The notes beneath the pieces were generated by a model that had not been told where the DNA came from, searched no databases, and saw only the letters and a program-made list of their open reading frames with translations. DNA of 63,813 nucleotides, the filler included, from Octopus bimaculoides (taxonomy: Eukaryota), in NCBI RefSeq assembly GCF_001194135.2. It is 6 parts of 5 records of this genome, joined end to end, with 100 filler letters (N's around TTAATTAATTAA, not from the genome) between each part and the next. Parts side by side here need not be neighbours in the genome. Positions count along the whole stretch, not along the records: positions 32,557 to 42,219 come from NC_068988.1; positions 42,320 to 58,879 come from NC_068982.1; 4 more parts are not named here. One strand, 5' to 3'. Below, one piece after another: positions 37,702-51,804 of this stretch; positions within the stretch are counted from its first letter, which is position 1; each line of letters starts with the position of its first letter. Position numbers and translations under genes: made by a program.

Positions 37702-38000
37702 TTATTTGTTTCAGTCATTGGACCACAGCCATGCCAGGGCAGCGCCTTGACGGGTTTTAGTTGAACGAATCGACTGCAGTATTTATTTATTTATTTTTTT
37801 TAATCCGGTACCTTATCCTATCGAGCTCTTATGTCGAACCGCTAAGTTTCCGGAGACATAAACAAACAAAAACCGGTTGACAAGCTGTAGTAGGTAGGAT
37901 CTCTCTGTCTCTCTCTCGCACACACACACATACACACACACGTATATATATATATATCGTAGTTTCAGTCTATCAGGTCCACACACAAATACAGGTAAGG
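37702..38000 (-). mobile_element. SINE A, degenerate
   Basis: GTTTCAGTCATTGG..CATGCCAGGGCAGCGCC..GAACCGCTAAG. Confidence 0.65.
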
Positions 38001-38029
38001 TTTCCACAATTTTAAAAATTAAAAAGTAA

Positions 38030-38345
38030 AAACCATGGGATTGCACATAAAAAGTTACCCTCCGAGACACAAATCCGGGCAAGGTCGGTTATGAAAAACC
38101 AGAGGTCGCCCATGCATACCAGCCTCCCATTCTCCACGCCACCGATGTTATCCAAAGGAAAGGCAAAGGCCGACACATCTTGGCACCAGTGGCGTTGCAA
38201 CTCATTTCTACAGCTCAGTAAACTGGAGGAACGTGAAATAAAGTGTCTTGCCCAAGAACGCAACATCCAGCAGATGCGGGAATCGAACACACAGCCTCAT
38301 GATTGTGAACTCGAGGTTCAAACCATTGAGCTATGCGCCTTCGCA
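38030..38345 (-). mobile_element. SINE with C-type head and distinct tail
   Basis: Minus strand TAGCTCAATGG A box, GTGTTCGATTCCC B box, TTGGGCAAGACACTTTATTTCACG. Confidence 0.75.
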
Positions 38346-38812
38346 ATTTAACAATCCATCAATTACTAACGTAGATAAATTAGAACAATTTTCAAAATAT
38401 AATTACAGACGCCTGTAGGGAAAAAAAAATTGATATCATTACTACATCACAGTCTACAGGATAGCATTCAAATATATGGAAACATTATATAACTAAAAAC
38501 AAAGCAGATATTTAGATTGCCTCTTGTCTCCCTGCCTTTGGTATATCTACTCCATCAGAGCTAGGTAGGGTTTACACTACAACCCCACTCCCACTCCATC
38601 AACGTCATCAACAACAAAACAACAATAGCAACAACAAACAATTCTTCTAGCTACCCCAACTCATCATACCTACTGGTATCCTACCAGTTGTTTATCTCAG
38701 CTAAAACCTCTTCAGACGCTCTCTCACTATCATAGAACGCCACACTATGTTTCATCTACAAGCAGAACAAGATCTACCAACAGCTGGTTACTTTTCATTA
38801 TTCCCAATAGCA

Positions 38813-39033
38813 AGGCTGCGAGCTGGCAGAATCGTTAGCATGCCGGGCAGAATGCTTAGTTGTATTTCGCCCGCCGCTACGTACTGAGTTCAAATCCACG
38901 CTGGGGTCGACTTTGCCTTTCATCCTTTCGGGGTTGATAAATTAAGTACCGGTGAAACAGCGGGATCGATGTAATCAACTTGTCCCCTTCCCACAAATTT
39001 CAGTCCTTGGGCCTCCAGTAGAAAGGGTTATTT
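38813..39033 (+). mobile_element. tRNA-derived SINE family B
   Basis: TGGCAGAATCG A-box-like, GAGTTCAAATCC B box, shared body with the other B copies. Confidence 0.8.
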
Positions 39034-41189
39034 CCAACAGCACGCAGTAGATGGTAACTACAGAGAACATCTAACAGAGAGCTGCATTTTCATTCAGGAC
39101 TTCAAGAAAAACAATACTATTTCCAACCACATCAACAAAGTCCTAGGAAATATCAAACACGCAAAGCACAAAAGCAAAAATTCGGAAAACCCAATCGGAA
39201 AGTTCCATTTAGACAATTTCATTATATCTTTGATTTGGACCAAGATTGATCACGCCTAGAATGAGATTCTTCAATCTGAAATTTTTTACAGCGTGTTCTG
39301 TCTGTTTCTCATCAAAAATTTCCTATTAAACTAATCTGTTGCAAAAATGACTGATTACATGCGCCCTCACACAGGTTCATAATTCATCAACTGCTTGCTG
39401 TTACTTGTAACCACATTTCTACAAAGAAAGAGCTAACCTTCACTTTCATTTCCTTAAAATTTCTGCACACAAGTGTCATCGTCTTTACACTGGGCCCCAA
39501 AACAACGAGTCGTTTTTTTAAAAATGTTATACGTTTCATTATTTACAATAATCCAACTACAACGGAAATCATACATCATATTTAATGAAGGAGTCGACAC
39601 ATCAAATGATTACATTATTTTGTCAATTAGTGCAATTTTTATTAACCAAGAAATGATGGAGGACATGATGGAACTGGGCGTAACCAAATACCAGAAAGTA
39701 TATTGTAGATTTATTACCAATTGCTCTAATTACCCGAATATGATCATACTAAGGCTTTGAGATCAAATCTTTTCAAGCACTTTTCCCCGACAAACGTGCC
39801 ATGCATATGACCTATAGCCTTTGCTTAAATATTTGGCGTGAGTGCGAAAAGGCAAAAAATATTTAAGAAACTTAAAGTCAGCAAATTGATAGAATGTTTA
39901 GATTACTGGATGTAAAGACTGTCTACACTGTCTACACGTGATGTTCAAATTCCGCCAAGACCAACTTTGCTTCTACCTGTCGGGGGGAAAAATAAAGCAT
40001 AAATTAAAGGTGGCGAATTAACGGATCCTTGAGAGGATCGGACGATGATATCTGAGTGTTCTGGCAGCAATAACTGCGACTTTACTGGGGTAAGCTCTAT
40101 CGGGCCAAGTAACTACCTTTCCCTTAGACAGGAATCTGCTGAATGGAGAGAAGAAACTGCAAACATGAAGGGCAAATAATAGACATCCTCAAAAGGTTTT
40201 ATCAAGGCTGACACGTATATATTCAGAAGCGCGGTAGGCCTCGATTGACAGACGTCCTACATTTAGAAAACTAATATGTGTTCATTTAAGTTCGTATGTA
40301 TTTCTTTGAGGTCGAAGCAATCCTTGCTCCCCACCCAACTCTTTTAAAACAAATCTAATGTTGTTTTCGCTCTTATAATAAAGTTGATGATGTATCTTAG
40401 CATTATGCCATATATAGAAAAATATGTTGAACATTGCTGCTGTGAAAATTTCATTAATCGGAATAAATGATTAATAATTCCGGAGATATATGTGATATGT
40501 AATAAACTACTACACTATATATATTGATATAATTTTGGAAAAAAAAATTATTCTTGACCTAAAATCTATGACCCGGATATAAAAACAGCATTAAACTGGA
40601 TTTGGGAAGAGAGATAAAAATCAAAATCGAAATAATTATCCCATGCTTTGTCCACCACGAGAATTTCGCAAAAAAACGCACAATAAAATGCAAACAACAC
40701 ATTGTGGCGGATATCGTTATAAATGCATACATGCACTCAGATATGCATGAATAAAGACATGTATCCAAAAACACACACACACACTGACACACAAACGCAC
40801 GTACATACACATTATGATGTAGACACAGGGACTAGAAAAACAATAGTGCGGACTCAATTACGCACACTAAAGCCAATAAAAAAGCACAGATGTTTCTAGA
40901 ATATATTGAAGCCAAGTGTATAAATATTTGTTAATAAGTTTCTTTGTTGATTTTTCCAATAATTTCGAACTGACAAGTGTCAATTTTATTCAAACTGCTA
41001 AATAAAGTATGGTAAATGATACACCTTTTCATCTGCCAGGAAAAATATCAATAAGGAACTATGGGAGAAAAAAATCAATAAAATGATATTAGGAAAATAT
41101 TTAGGTCGTTTACTTAATGAAAGTTGTTGACAGAAAGATGGTTACTTCCACATACTACGCAAAAAATGTGTGTATATCTATCTATCTAA

Positions 41190-41241
<52 letters not shown>

Positions 41242-43389
41242 TATCTATTTCTCTCTCTNNNNNNNNNNATATATATATATATATATAAATATATATGTGT
41301 GTAGGCGTGTGTGTGTATTGATATAAGATGACAATACACCGAATTGAAAACACATGAATGCATAGATGCGTTTGTCTGGTTACAGTTATATGTGTGATTT
41401 TTTTGTTCTTTGAGTTGTTTCTACATGTTTACACACACACACACACACATACACACACACATACACACACATACACACACACACACACGCGCACATATAC
41501 ATACATACTACAAACATATATACGTGTATGTGTGGTGTGGGGGCGTCTGTAAAAAGTATGTAATTTATATTTGACTCCAATATGTGTTTCATCTTTATTT
41601 CATCTTTATATTTTGGCTTCTTGTTTCATAAGATTTCTAAATATGTTGGCAACTTGTCGACTTCAATTTCTACATTATATTTCCAATGTTAATAACATAA
41701 GTTTATTATGGAAACTACAAGAACGGGGCGGTTTTCTGGTGAAGCTTAATATATGACTGTTATAAAAGTTCAGGAGTAGATAAATGATATTAGACTAAAC
41801 GAGAGAAAAAAAAAAAGATTGAATCATTTCAATCATATGAAATTGCTTAAAGGTAGGCAATATGATAAAGACACCTGGTGAGGGATGTATTAAGATATTC
41901 GTGACTTGGGAAATACAGCTCTTCCTTTGCTACTAATGTAATTGTTGTGTTGTACGAAATCTTAAAGGAGGTTCTCACTGTACAATATAATTTGATCTAT
42001 GACAATTTAATAGATGATATCTCATTTGAGTGTTCGGCTGAAGATATAGATAATCTTGTGTTAGATGAGATAAGTCCAGGAAGGGAATTGGGTTATGAAA
42101 ATAAAATAAAACATACGAATGTATACATGATTGAATCGTTTAGTTTAATGTTTTTATGCACATTTTCTTGTTACAAGCGAATATTATATTATATTGTATC
42201 ATATTATATATATATATATNNNNNNNNNNNNNNNNNNNNNNNNNNNNNNNNNNNNNNNNNNNNTTAATTAATTAANNNNNNNNNNNNNNNNNNNNNNNNN
42301 NNNNNNNNNNNNNNNNNNNCTAGTAAAAAATTAATCGATTCTGATAAAATAATGAAAGAAAGAATTTACACTATTTTGGGCGATATAAAATAGCTAATAT
42401 TTCATTCAAACAGAACATGAACCTTTACGAATAAATAGGATTTGCATCACCCTTAGCTGTTATAATGATTGATTAATGGTTATTCATTACCCCATAGAGT
42501 TAGCCTATTTTTCCAATTAAAGGGATCCTTAACATTTATTCAAATACGTTTTGGACAGTGAAATTTTCCACTTTAAAGCAAAATATACATGTAAGATTCA
42601 TATCTATGTGCAATGATTTTCAATAAAACAACGAAAACATTTTTACTGGTCAAAATAGAGGAATTGTATTCTAATAATTCGGTGTACATTTTACTTTTAA
42701 ATATAATAAATGGTTAGCTATGCCGAGATAGCATACTATGATAGGGTAACGCAGGAAATTTCGCTTAGCCATAATCCTCCTTCCCAATATGCCCACAGAG
42801 GAGTGGATGTACGACGGGATAACCTTCCTTCACTGGATGATTCTAGAAAAAGAGCGACCTATCAATATCTATATTAGCTTGCGTCCACATGGGGGCTACT
42901 CTCTTGGTGTAATATAGAGGAATTGTGTATCTAAATCAGCGCCCTGTTTCATTTCAAAAATAAACTTTCAGTATCAAGCAGATTCCTCATTATGGCCCAG
43001 AAATACTAAATTACTAGCCTAGCTGTTTAGTTTATAGATTAGAAATTACAAACATATTTTTATTTGAAGGCAACCTCAGTGAATTGACGTGTTATTACAA
43101 TTGATAAACGAGAAAAGTAATGAGAAAAACTAGTGGAATGTTTAGCTGGAGACACCTTTCTCTATAAATATCATATTAAACAATTACTATACGATTTTGA
43201 ACCAAAGAGCAGACAAGTACAAAGGTACAACGAAGAGATGAAGAACACATGGCAAGCATGACTTTAATGCTGATTATAATCTTTTGTGGTTTTCTTGACT
43301 TCCCATCATAAAAGATACGTGGAAATGCCTGTTTATGGCTGAAGCGAAAACACATCTACACTTACACATACACATCTCTCTGTGTGTAA

Positions 43390-43442
<53 letters not shown>

Positions 43443-43864
43443 AAGATAGATAGATAAATATATAGATAAATAGATGTGTGTGTGCGTGTGAGTGCATGGT
43501 TGTGTGTTTATGTGTGTGTGTAATAATACAATGGGAAAAACATTTTAAAGAAAGAGTTCATGAAAACCCTCTACAAATTAATGCCTACAGCACTGTATGC
43601 AGAAAACAGATACATACATACATACATACATACATACATACATACATACATACATACATACATACATAATGTTTATCATGTAATGTATAAGTATAACGAT
43701 ACAAGCTACTAAGAATTTCTTGCTTTGGAAACGCGGAAAACTGTTAATAGCTCATATCTTTATACTGTGTACGTTAGATAACATTTATCTCTCACTAGAT
43801 GGAGTACTTCCTATTGTGGATCTTACCTTCAAGGAACAGGAAACTCCATATACACACACATACA

Positions 43865-43927
<63 letters not shown>

Positions 43928-44440
43928 ATTTATACTTCTCCATATATTTATGTATGTATGTATGTATGTATGTGGGCACGTATGTATGAATGCATTTATG
44001 TATTGAAAAACGGTGTCCATTACTTCAAATTTCAACAAAAGCTGCTTTTTTAACTATGCCTTTGTAAAAGATATTAATCATATACGTAGAGGTTACAGAC
44101 AACACAAGTAAAACGGGTTGAGGAGTAAAATTACAGAAAAAAAAGAGCGATTATCTATTAAATAAAAATCCCTACAGTACGCATTGAGACTGACCTAGAT
44201 AAACCGGGTTTGGTTACAGATTGCAACTGAATATTTGAAAGCATTGATTATCATAAGACTTAAAAGTGTAAATGAATCGCTTAATTTTTTTTTATCTCTA
44301 AATATTTTAAACTTTGACAACTGAGGTATTGAAAGGTAATGAAAATTACTGTTGGGAAACAAAAGCAAATTGTTGTACTGTTTAAGATTGAGTTATTTTA
44401 TTTTGAAACCGGTGAAGAGTGTAATGTTTTATAATATATT

Positions 44441-44624
44441 GGTTCCAAAGTTTGACACAAGGCTAGCAATTTGAGGGGAGAAGATAAGTCGATTACATTG
44501 CATAGCTGGTACTTATTCATCGATACCGAAAGGATAAAAGGCAAAGCTGACCAACGTAAAGACGAATGAAATGTCGTTTAGCAGTTTTCCCGACGTGCTA
44601 GCTCTTATGCCAGCTTGTCGCCTT
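44441..44624 (-). mobile_element. SINE B, internally deleted
   Basis: Reverse-complement similarity to other B copies. Confidence 0.65.
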
Positions 44625-44974
44625 ATTGCTTTATATACTATAAAAGAATTATTGTAGTATAATATACAACAGTAATTGCTCTGTAGTATATTAATTATTG
44701 GGCTACACATAAAAATACATTTTTCAAAAGAGCCAAGAAAGTTTCTGGGTAAACTTATAAAATTGAGAATTAAAAATTGAACTTTATTAAGAAAGGTGTG
44801 CCACATATTGTGCAGTATGAAATATTTAATATACACACAATAGAGCTTTAGTAGGGTATAACACTTCATATTACTAGTACCAGAAAATAGCGCCGCCAGT
44901 TCATGAATAAATAGTCAAAGGATGATATACATTCATAAAAAACTAAAAACCTAAATTTATGAACTCAAAGCTTG

Positions 44975-45009
<35 letters not shown>

Positions 45010-45023
45010 GGAGAGAGAATTTA

Positions 45024-45258
45024 TTTATTTATTTATTACCCACAGGGGCCTAAACATAGAGGGGACAAACAAGGACAGACAAAAGGATTAAATCGATTAC
45101 ATCGACCACAGTGCGTAACTGGTACTTATTTAATCGACCCCAAAATGGATGAAAGACAAAGTCAACCTCGGCGGAATTTGAATTCAGAACGTAACGGCAG
45201 ACGAAATACCGCTAAGCATTTCGCCCGGCATGCTAACGATTCTGCCAGCTCGCCGCCC
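45024..45258 (-). mobile_element. SINE B, well preserved
   Basis: GCGGCGAGCTGGCAGAATCGTTAGCATGCCGGGCG on minus strand. Confidence 0.85.
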
Positions 45259-46970
45259 TTGGGGAGAGAGAATTTATCGAAACATTAGAATGACCTAAGC
45301 GATGTCTTTGTCTCTAAAGACGATCGTAAGTTCGAAATTTAGTTTTGAAATGAACAATGATAAAGAATTTGAAGAATTACAAAACCTTACCAAAGGAGCG
45401 AAATAAACTAAGTATTTTACAGAAACATCTTAAACTATATTTTTTAAAATTATTATATTATTATAAACAATGAATGACATTTTTATTGTAATCGTAGATA
45501 GGATAAAAACTGTAAAATTATAAAATAAAATAGATTGCTATTTTACGATTACTTCAAAAAGCAATATTTTTTGTGATAAAAACTGAATGAGCAAGATGAT
45601 AAACAGCTACATAAAACTATAATATGCTGAAAAGGTTGTAGAAAGAACAGAGTTCAAAATCTTAGCTAATAATAATTTTTGAAAAGTACTAAAACTCAGA
45701 ACTATAAATCAAAGTGGACATCTTAAGTATTGAATGCGAAGTTTGCAGGAAAACAAATATATATCTTCTAAATTATGTGTTATAGCTTCTAACAATTTCT
45801 ACTGTTTACAGATAAAACTGAAACTGGATAAACTATTTGTCGTAACGCAAACAATCGCACACACACACATGTTTATGGTTTAGACAGAGGATGAAGAGTA
45901 ATCCCTATAACCTTTCTCCAGGGCCTCAGAGACTGATGAGTGAAAGAATAGAATTTATCCTTAATCCTGAAACCAAACGCATGGAACATAATGGACTGAA
46001 CAAAGACCATGGATTAGGCAGAAGGGTGAAACTGGGTGACAGATTAAATCTATAACCTAATTATAAGAATATTCCATCTGCAGGCATCCAAATAGTTATC
46101 AACTATCAAATTTCTCTCACAATGCTTTGGTAACACGATGCTATTATAAAAGATAATTGCCTACGTTATATCGCAATAAAATTAAACACAAAACTACGTC
46201 ATTGCAATGTAAGCTTCTTAACCACACAACTATACTTGCACCCATAGGAGAGAGAATAAATAAATATATTACGGTGTAAATGATGAAGCAGTTGTGTAGC
46301 ATATAAAATAATGCATAGCATATAAAATTTTCATTTCATCTCACCTGCCGCAATGCAACTTCGCCGGGCGACATTTAACAGAACTGACTTCAGAGTATTC
46401 GATAACTCTCGAGAAATGAACGGTGAATAGTGAAATAAAATTCTGCAGCATTTAAATTTAGAATATAATGGTAGAGAACTGATCATTTTGTACAGCACTT
46501 CATACAGGACTCCACACTTTCTATAAATGTCCTTACTACATTAATGAATTGAGTAATATGAAAAACATCTGCGTTCATTGATCTGTTGCTTCTTCGTAAC
46601 CGAATAAGACTATCCATTCATCTGCCCATTTTTATCATTTACTATAATGAAGGATTTAGCAGAAATCTTATTAAAATTGTAAAATAGACAACATCATTGC
46701 TGAAATTATACATTCAACAGAGAAGAATCATCGATATGAGATATGAAGGAAATTTAAGTAGTAGGAAAAATATATTTAAAACAAATATTGATAAGTAACT
46801 AAGGTAATTATAGTAGTGCAAGTCATGTAAGAATGTCTGAAACTGCTGGTTAAGGAAGGAATAGTGGCAGTATAGAACTGTCATCAGAGGAAAGGCCATG
46901 GAAGTTGAGTAGGAGAAGCATTGAATTACAGATCAGTATAACAATGTTGAAACCGTTGGTTGTGCTGGAA

Positions 46971-47197
46971 TTAACCCTGTAGCATTCTGATTACTGCGAT
47001 ATGTAATACTTATTTATTCGCACTACTTTGAATTAAATCATGCATAATCTCATAGCTTTGAGATTTCGATGATTGATTGTTTATGTTTAGAATGATACTG
47101 TAGTCTCGGTGTGAGAGGCTGAATGTAGCGAGTTTGAACATAAAACAAGGTAGAATATTCGTGCTAGATATAGCCTGTTTAAATGCTAAAAGGTTAA
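46971..47197. mobile_element. TTAA-flanked MITE (piggyBac-like termini)
   Basis: TTAA-CCCTGTAGCATT ... AATGCTAAAAGG-TTAA; 14/16 inverted match including TTAA. Confidence 0.7.
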
Positions 47198-47363
47198 GGG
47201 CGTGGTTTTGCTTTTTAATGAAAAATTATCGTCAGCTAGATTTCCAATGAGTTTTCTCAGACATTGAGTGAGAGCAAAGTAAATAGGCAATTCTAGGTGG
47301 ATTCGTTATTTTTCGTTTTTATTTTTAAGACATATTGTTCAGTTAACCTATAAACGGAAGTAT

Positions 47364-47396
<33 letters not shown>

Positions 47397-47604
47397 TGTG
47401 CGCATGTGTGTGTAAGTGAATGTGTTTGTGTATGGATGAGCATGTGTATACGATTAAAACTATTAAATTCGATCCACTTAGTTTAAATAAGCAACATTTA
47501 ACTAAAAGGAAAATATAATTAAAGAGAAAACATTACCTTCTTTAAACTTTGCCTAATAAATCTAATAATGATGATTTAAGTGTGTTTGAGTCCATATATA
47601 TTCC

Positions 47605-47800
47605 TTTAAACGTTTCAGTCATTTGAATGCGGCCATCCTGGAGCACCGCCTTGAAAGGTTTCATCGAACAAATTGACCCTATAAACGGGAGCCTATTACT
47701 TATTCTATTCTTCTCTTTTGTCGAACCACTAGATACGGGTGTCACCAACACCGGTTGTCAAGCGGTAGTGGAGGGATAAACACAAACACACAGACACACA

Positions 47801-47842
<42 letters not shown>

Positions 47843-48030
47843 CACATACACACACACACATATGGCAGGATTCTTTCAATTTCCGTCTANNNNNNNNNNC
47901 AGGATTCTTTCAATTTCCGTCTACTATAACCACTCAAAAGGCCTCGGTGGGCTCGAGACAAGTCGCGACGTTGCGGGACTGAATCCAGAACCATACCGTT
48001 GGGAAGCAAGCTTCTTACCACACGCTCACA
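47605..48030 (-). mobile_element. SINE A
   Basis: Tail, CA microsatellite and head as in 13929-14352. Confidence 0.75.
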
Positions 48031-48680
48031 CACGCACACATGTGTATATATACATGTGGATTAAATTTGAAGAAGTGAACCTAAATATCTATAATTATCA
48101 GTGCACACAATGCAAACAACATTTTATTATAAAGGCCATCTGTGTATCACACCGAAAATTTATGTGCCATTGACAAGAATGATACTGTGGTTTTGGTCTG
48201 AGAGAAAATCTCTTCATACAGCCGTGTTAAAAACACAATATACATTGGAAGAAAATGAATATCGTCCCAGCAGCAGTAACAGCGAATCACAGGAATGTTA
48301 GACGTGTCACGCCGTTTGAATGGGGTAGTCACATACGTGAACGGAGTCTGTCACCAATATATAGCAAGCAATGAATAATGCAATTGCTGAGACTACATAA
48401 ATTTGCCATGTCAAAATAGACTCGGTGTACATAATTGAAACAGCGTTGTATTTTAAACGTCACCTGTATATCATATTTAGCGTATTTACAACATTTACTG
48501 ACAGGCTGTTCAGTACTGGGTCGGTGTTCGTTTCGCTCTGATAGATTGTGCTTTCAACACAACATTCTTGTGAAGATACTGTTTTTAATCATAACTACAG
48601 TCATGCTTGTCATTGGCATATATACGTTACCTGTGATGTAGAAATGACGTTCATATTATCTGGACCTTTCCTTTCTCCTC

Positions 48681-48760
48681 TTTCTGACGAAGAGCCATAT
48701 TCGAAGCGTCACACACCCACTCTTTTTACCATCTTATACTGAGCGTCAAGCTAATACATT
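48681..48760 (+). repeat. HHR-like family H1 copy with intact CUGACGA
   Basis: TTT-CTGACGAA-GAG(ccata)TTC-GAAGC-GTC ... GAGCGTCAAGCTAATAC. Confidence 0.45.
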
Positions 48761-49691
48761 CCATGTGTACGTTTTTAACTTTTTATATTGTTATTTGTTT
48801 TTAATATTGTTATTTATTTTCGATTGTCTTCTGTGTGTGTGTGTTTATAGTTTCTCTTGTATATTTTCTTCTCTTTTGTACAGCTTATGTGTTTGTGTCT
48901 GAGTGTGTGCGCGCGCGCGTGCCTGTATATGTGTGTTTATTGACAAATACTTTTACATCTGGCAATATACAACATGCGTTATTTATTTATTAAAATTATC
49001 TCCGACACTTGAAGATGTATCATACTTGCCAAATGGCAATCAAGATCATATGCCCTTTGAGAATGGGAGGTACAATTTAGATTCAAGAATTCTGCAAAGT
49101 TGATACGTGATTAAGGAAAAGGACGGCATTAGTGTCCGGAGATAAAAAGGATAGTCGTATACACGTCTTTCTGACTCAACAGATGTCATCGCAAAACAAT
49201 TGTTGGTTGGTATTTCACATACCTGTCGGTCACTCGGATTAATTTCTCTTAGCCCATGTTTTTTTTTTTTCAATTCATGCAAATTACTTTGGCTATAAGT
49301 GTATTCTAATCTTCTTATCAGGTTTTCCCAACCGTATATACTGGACAACTATTATCCTGAAGCAGGGTTAAGGAAGAAGGGTTAATAATTTGTCCCGACT
49401 GTCCTTTTATCTCTCAACGAAACGCCTATCCATTCCCTTAACGTCAACTTTGGAGAATTTTTGATTCTTGAGATCATCTTTACTCAAGTGGAGGTGGTCT
49501 GAATTACTATTTGGTAATTATGATGAATCCTCTACAGGCGCAAATGTTTTTAATCAACCACAAGTCTATGTTGTATGGTATTTGACATAACCGTATTTGT
49601 CTATGTTGTTGATAATACATGCTACTGGCCACTATGAGCTTATCTTTGTTTATATATATATGTGTGTGTGTTTGTGTGTACGCGCGCGCGT

Positions 49692-49722
<31 letters not shown>

Positions 49723-51560
49723 NNNNNNNNNNNNNNNNNNNNNNNNNNNNNNNNNNNNNNNNNNNNNNNNNNNNNNNNNNNNNNNNNNNNNNNNNNNNNN
49801 NNNNNNNNNNNNNNNNNNNNNNNNNNNNNNNNNNNNNNNNNNNNNNNNNNNNNNNNNNTATATGTAGGTATGAACACACATTTATATGGACATATATATG
49901 TGTTTGGATGTATGTGTGTGTGTATATAATGCAAGCTAATCCTTCTTTAACAGGTCTCACCCTATCTATATTGCCCATGTACTTTCTCTTCTATAATTTC
50001 TTCTCTTTTCTACAGCTTATACGTTTATATTTACAATTATTCAGAATTATTTGTTATGAATATTTAACATAACGAGAAGTGTAGCGAAGCCCCATTCCTA
50101 AATGAAGCGTGCAAATATCAACATGACTGCCTGAACTCAATATTTTTAGCGGGGCACCTCTTTATGTATGCATGTACCTGACGTGATACAGACTACAAAA
50201 CTGATGCAACACAATATGATGTACAACATTTCACCCATAAAGGACAGTCGCAGCATGGGTCGAAGCGATCGTCGTTCGGAATAAAGACTAATACCAAATC
50301 CATCTTCTGTTTCCTTTCTCAATGATTATGTATGTATGTATGTATGTATGTATGTATGTATGTATGTATGTATGTATGTATGCATGTATGTATATATGTA
50401 TGTATGTATGTATATATGTATGTATGTATGTATGTATGATTGTATGTATGAATGTATGTATATGTATACATATGTTAGTATGGTCTGTTGAACATGAATT
50501 TATGCAAGTTACCTAGATGGAGAGGTACTGAATAATGTACCTCCTAAATTGTTACTGAATTGATATTAATACTTAATTCATTGAAATTATCTACTCTTTT
50601 CTTCAAGGTCAATAATAATTGCATATAAGCTTCTTTTGTCTTTCTTCAATTACGAGATAAATTTGAATTTCTTCAGATTGTATACTTTGTTCATTACATT
50701 AATATAATATTGGGGTTTTAAAAACAACTGTTAATTTTAGGCAACATTATTTTTTTATTTGTTATTTAACCAGTACGTAATTTTGATAGAGCTGACTTGG
50801 GAACAAACGCGTTACAGCCGTGACTAGCCTGTACTCCTTTATGTAACATTAAATTATCCATATGTAATTTGATAGAGTTTGGGTCGCAAATAGACAGAAT
50901 TCTATGATACACTAAGGGAGCCTTTATGCGGTATTTCAATACGCTAGAGGCACCATCCAAAATTTCTCTTATTGTACACTCAACTGTCTTCTAAGATGCA
51001 ATGTATCATTGGCTCAACTGTACCTGAAAAGTCGAGATAGTCATGGCTGGAATGCTTTTGGTCATTGGTTTGCTCGATCAGGGTTGACTTACAACTAAGC
51101 GATAACAACAGTAATTTATTGTCTGATGACATTGTCTGATGACATGTAGTCTCCAATAAGCACTGTCAATTCTAAAATGGTCACAGAGAGATATTAATAG
51201 TACATCTGAGTAGTGTGTAATAATAACGATTTCAACCATGTAACTACGCTCTGTCTACTTCATAGAGAAATATATTACCGTTTACATTCATGGTTACGCT
51301 ATGACAATTATTACTAATACATATTTCAAACGCATGACAAGACTCTGCCCATTGTATAGACATATAAATTATTATTTATGTTCATGAATGATCATAATTA
51401 TGCTATACTAATCATTACAGATTAATTTTCAGCGCGATGGGTTAATAGAATCAAGAAAACGATGGGCAAAATTATCTGATAAATTTAGGTAAACATTCAA
51501 CATCCTCAGTTAAAACCTTTCGGTGTTAAACAATATACTGACCGAGCATGAGTATATTAT

Positions 51561-51645
51561 TAAACGTTCGCTCCACAACCATATGATTTCAGATTGGAGT
51601 CCACCGCGTGACACCTTGAGAAAGAATCTTCTACACTAGGCTCTC
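51561..51645 (+). mobile_element. SINE A head fragment
   Basis: CAACCATATG..GTCCACCGCGTGACACCTTGAG..TCTTCTACACTAGG. Confidence 0.5.
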
Positions 51646-51766
51646 GTTTACTTTTAACTTGCATATGAAATCTCTGCAGAGGAAGATATGTCATGCACGC
51701 ACACACGCCATATGCACTTACGCATGCAGGCACGCACGCATGCACGCCAGCACTCACACACACACA

Positions 51767-51804
<38 letters not shown>

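Noticed and set aside
39040-39240. Possible CR1-type RT remnant (HINKVLGNIK..SLIWTKIDHA)
   Set aside because: Too degenerate to call by eye.
40222-40272. AT-hook or RTE-end motif KRGRPR
   Set aside because: Isolated hexapeptide in a short frame; plausible by chance.
45905-45975. Hammerhead (CTGATGAG...GAAAC)
   Set aside because: No GUH triplet and no helix I or II pairing.
47866-47923. Direct repeats flanking 10-N gaps (also 54070-54146)
   Set aside because: Typical unmerged contig overlap artefacts.
49046-49348. ABCC-transporter-like motif MTSVE..RVYDY on minus strand
   Set aside because: Similarity limited to a few residues with wrong spacing; no supporting domains nearby.
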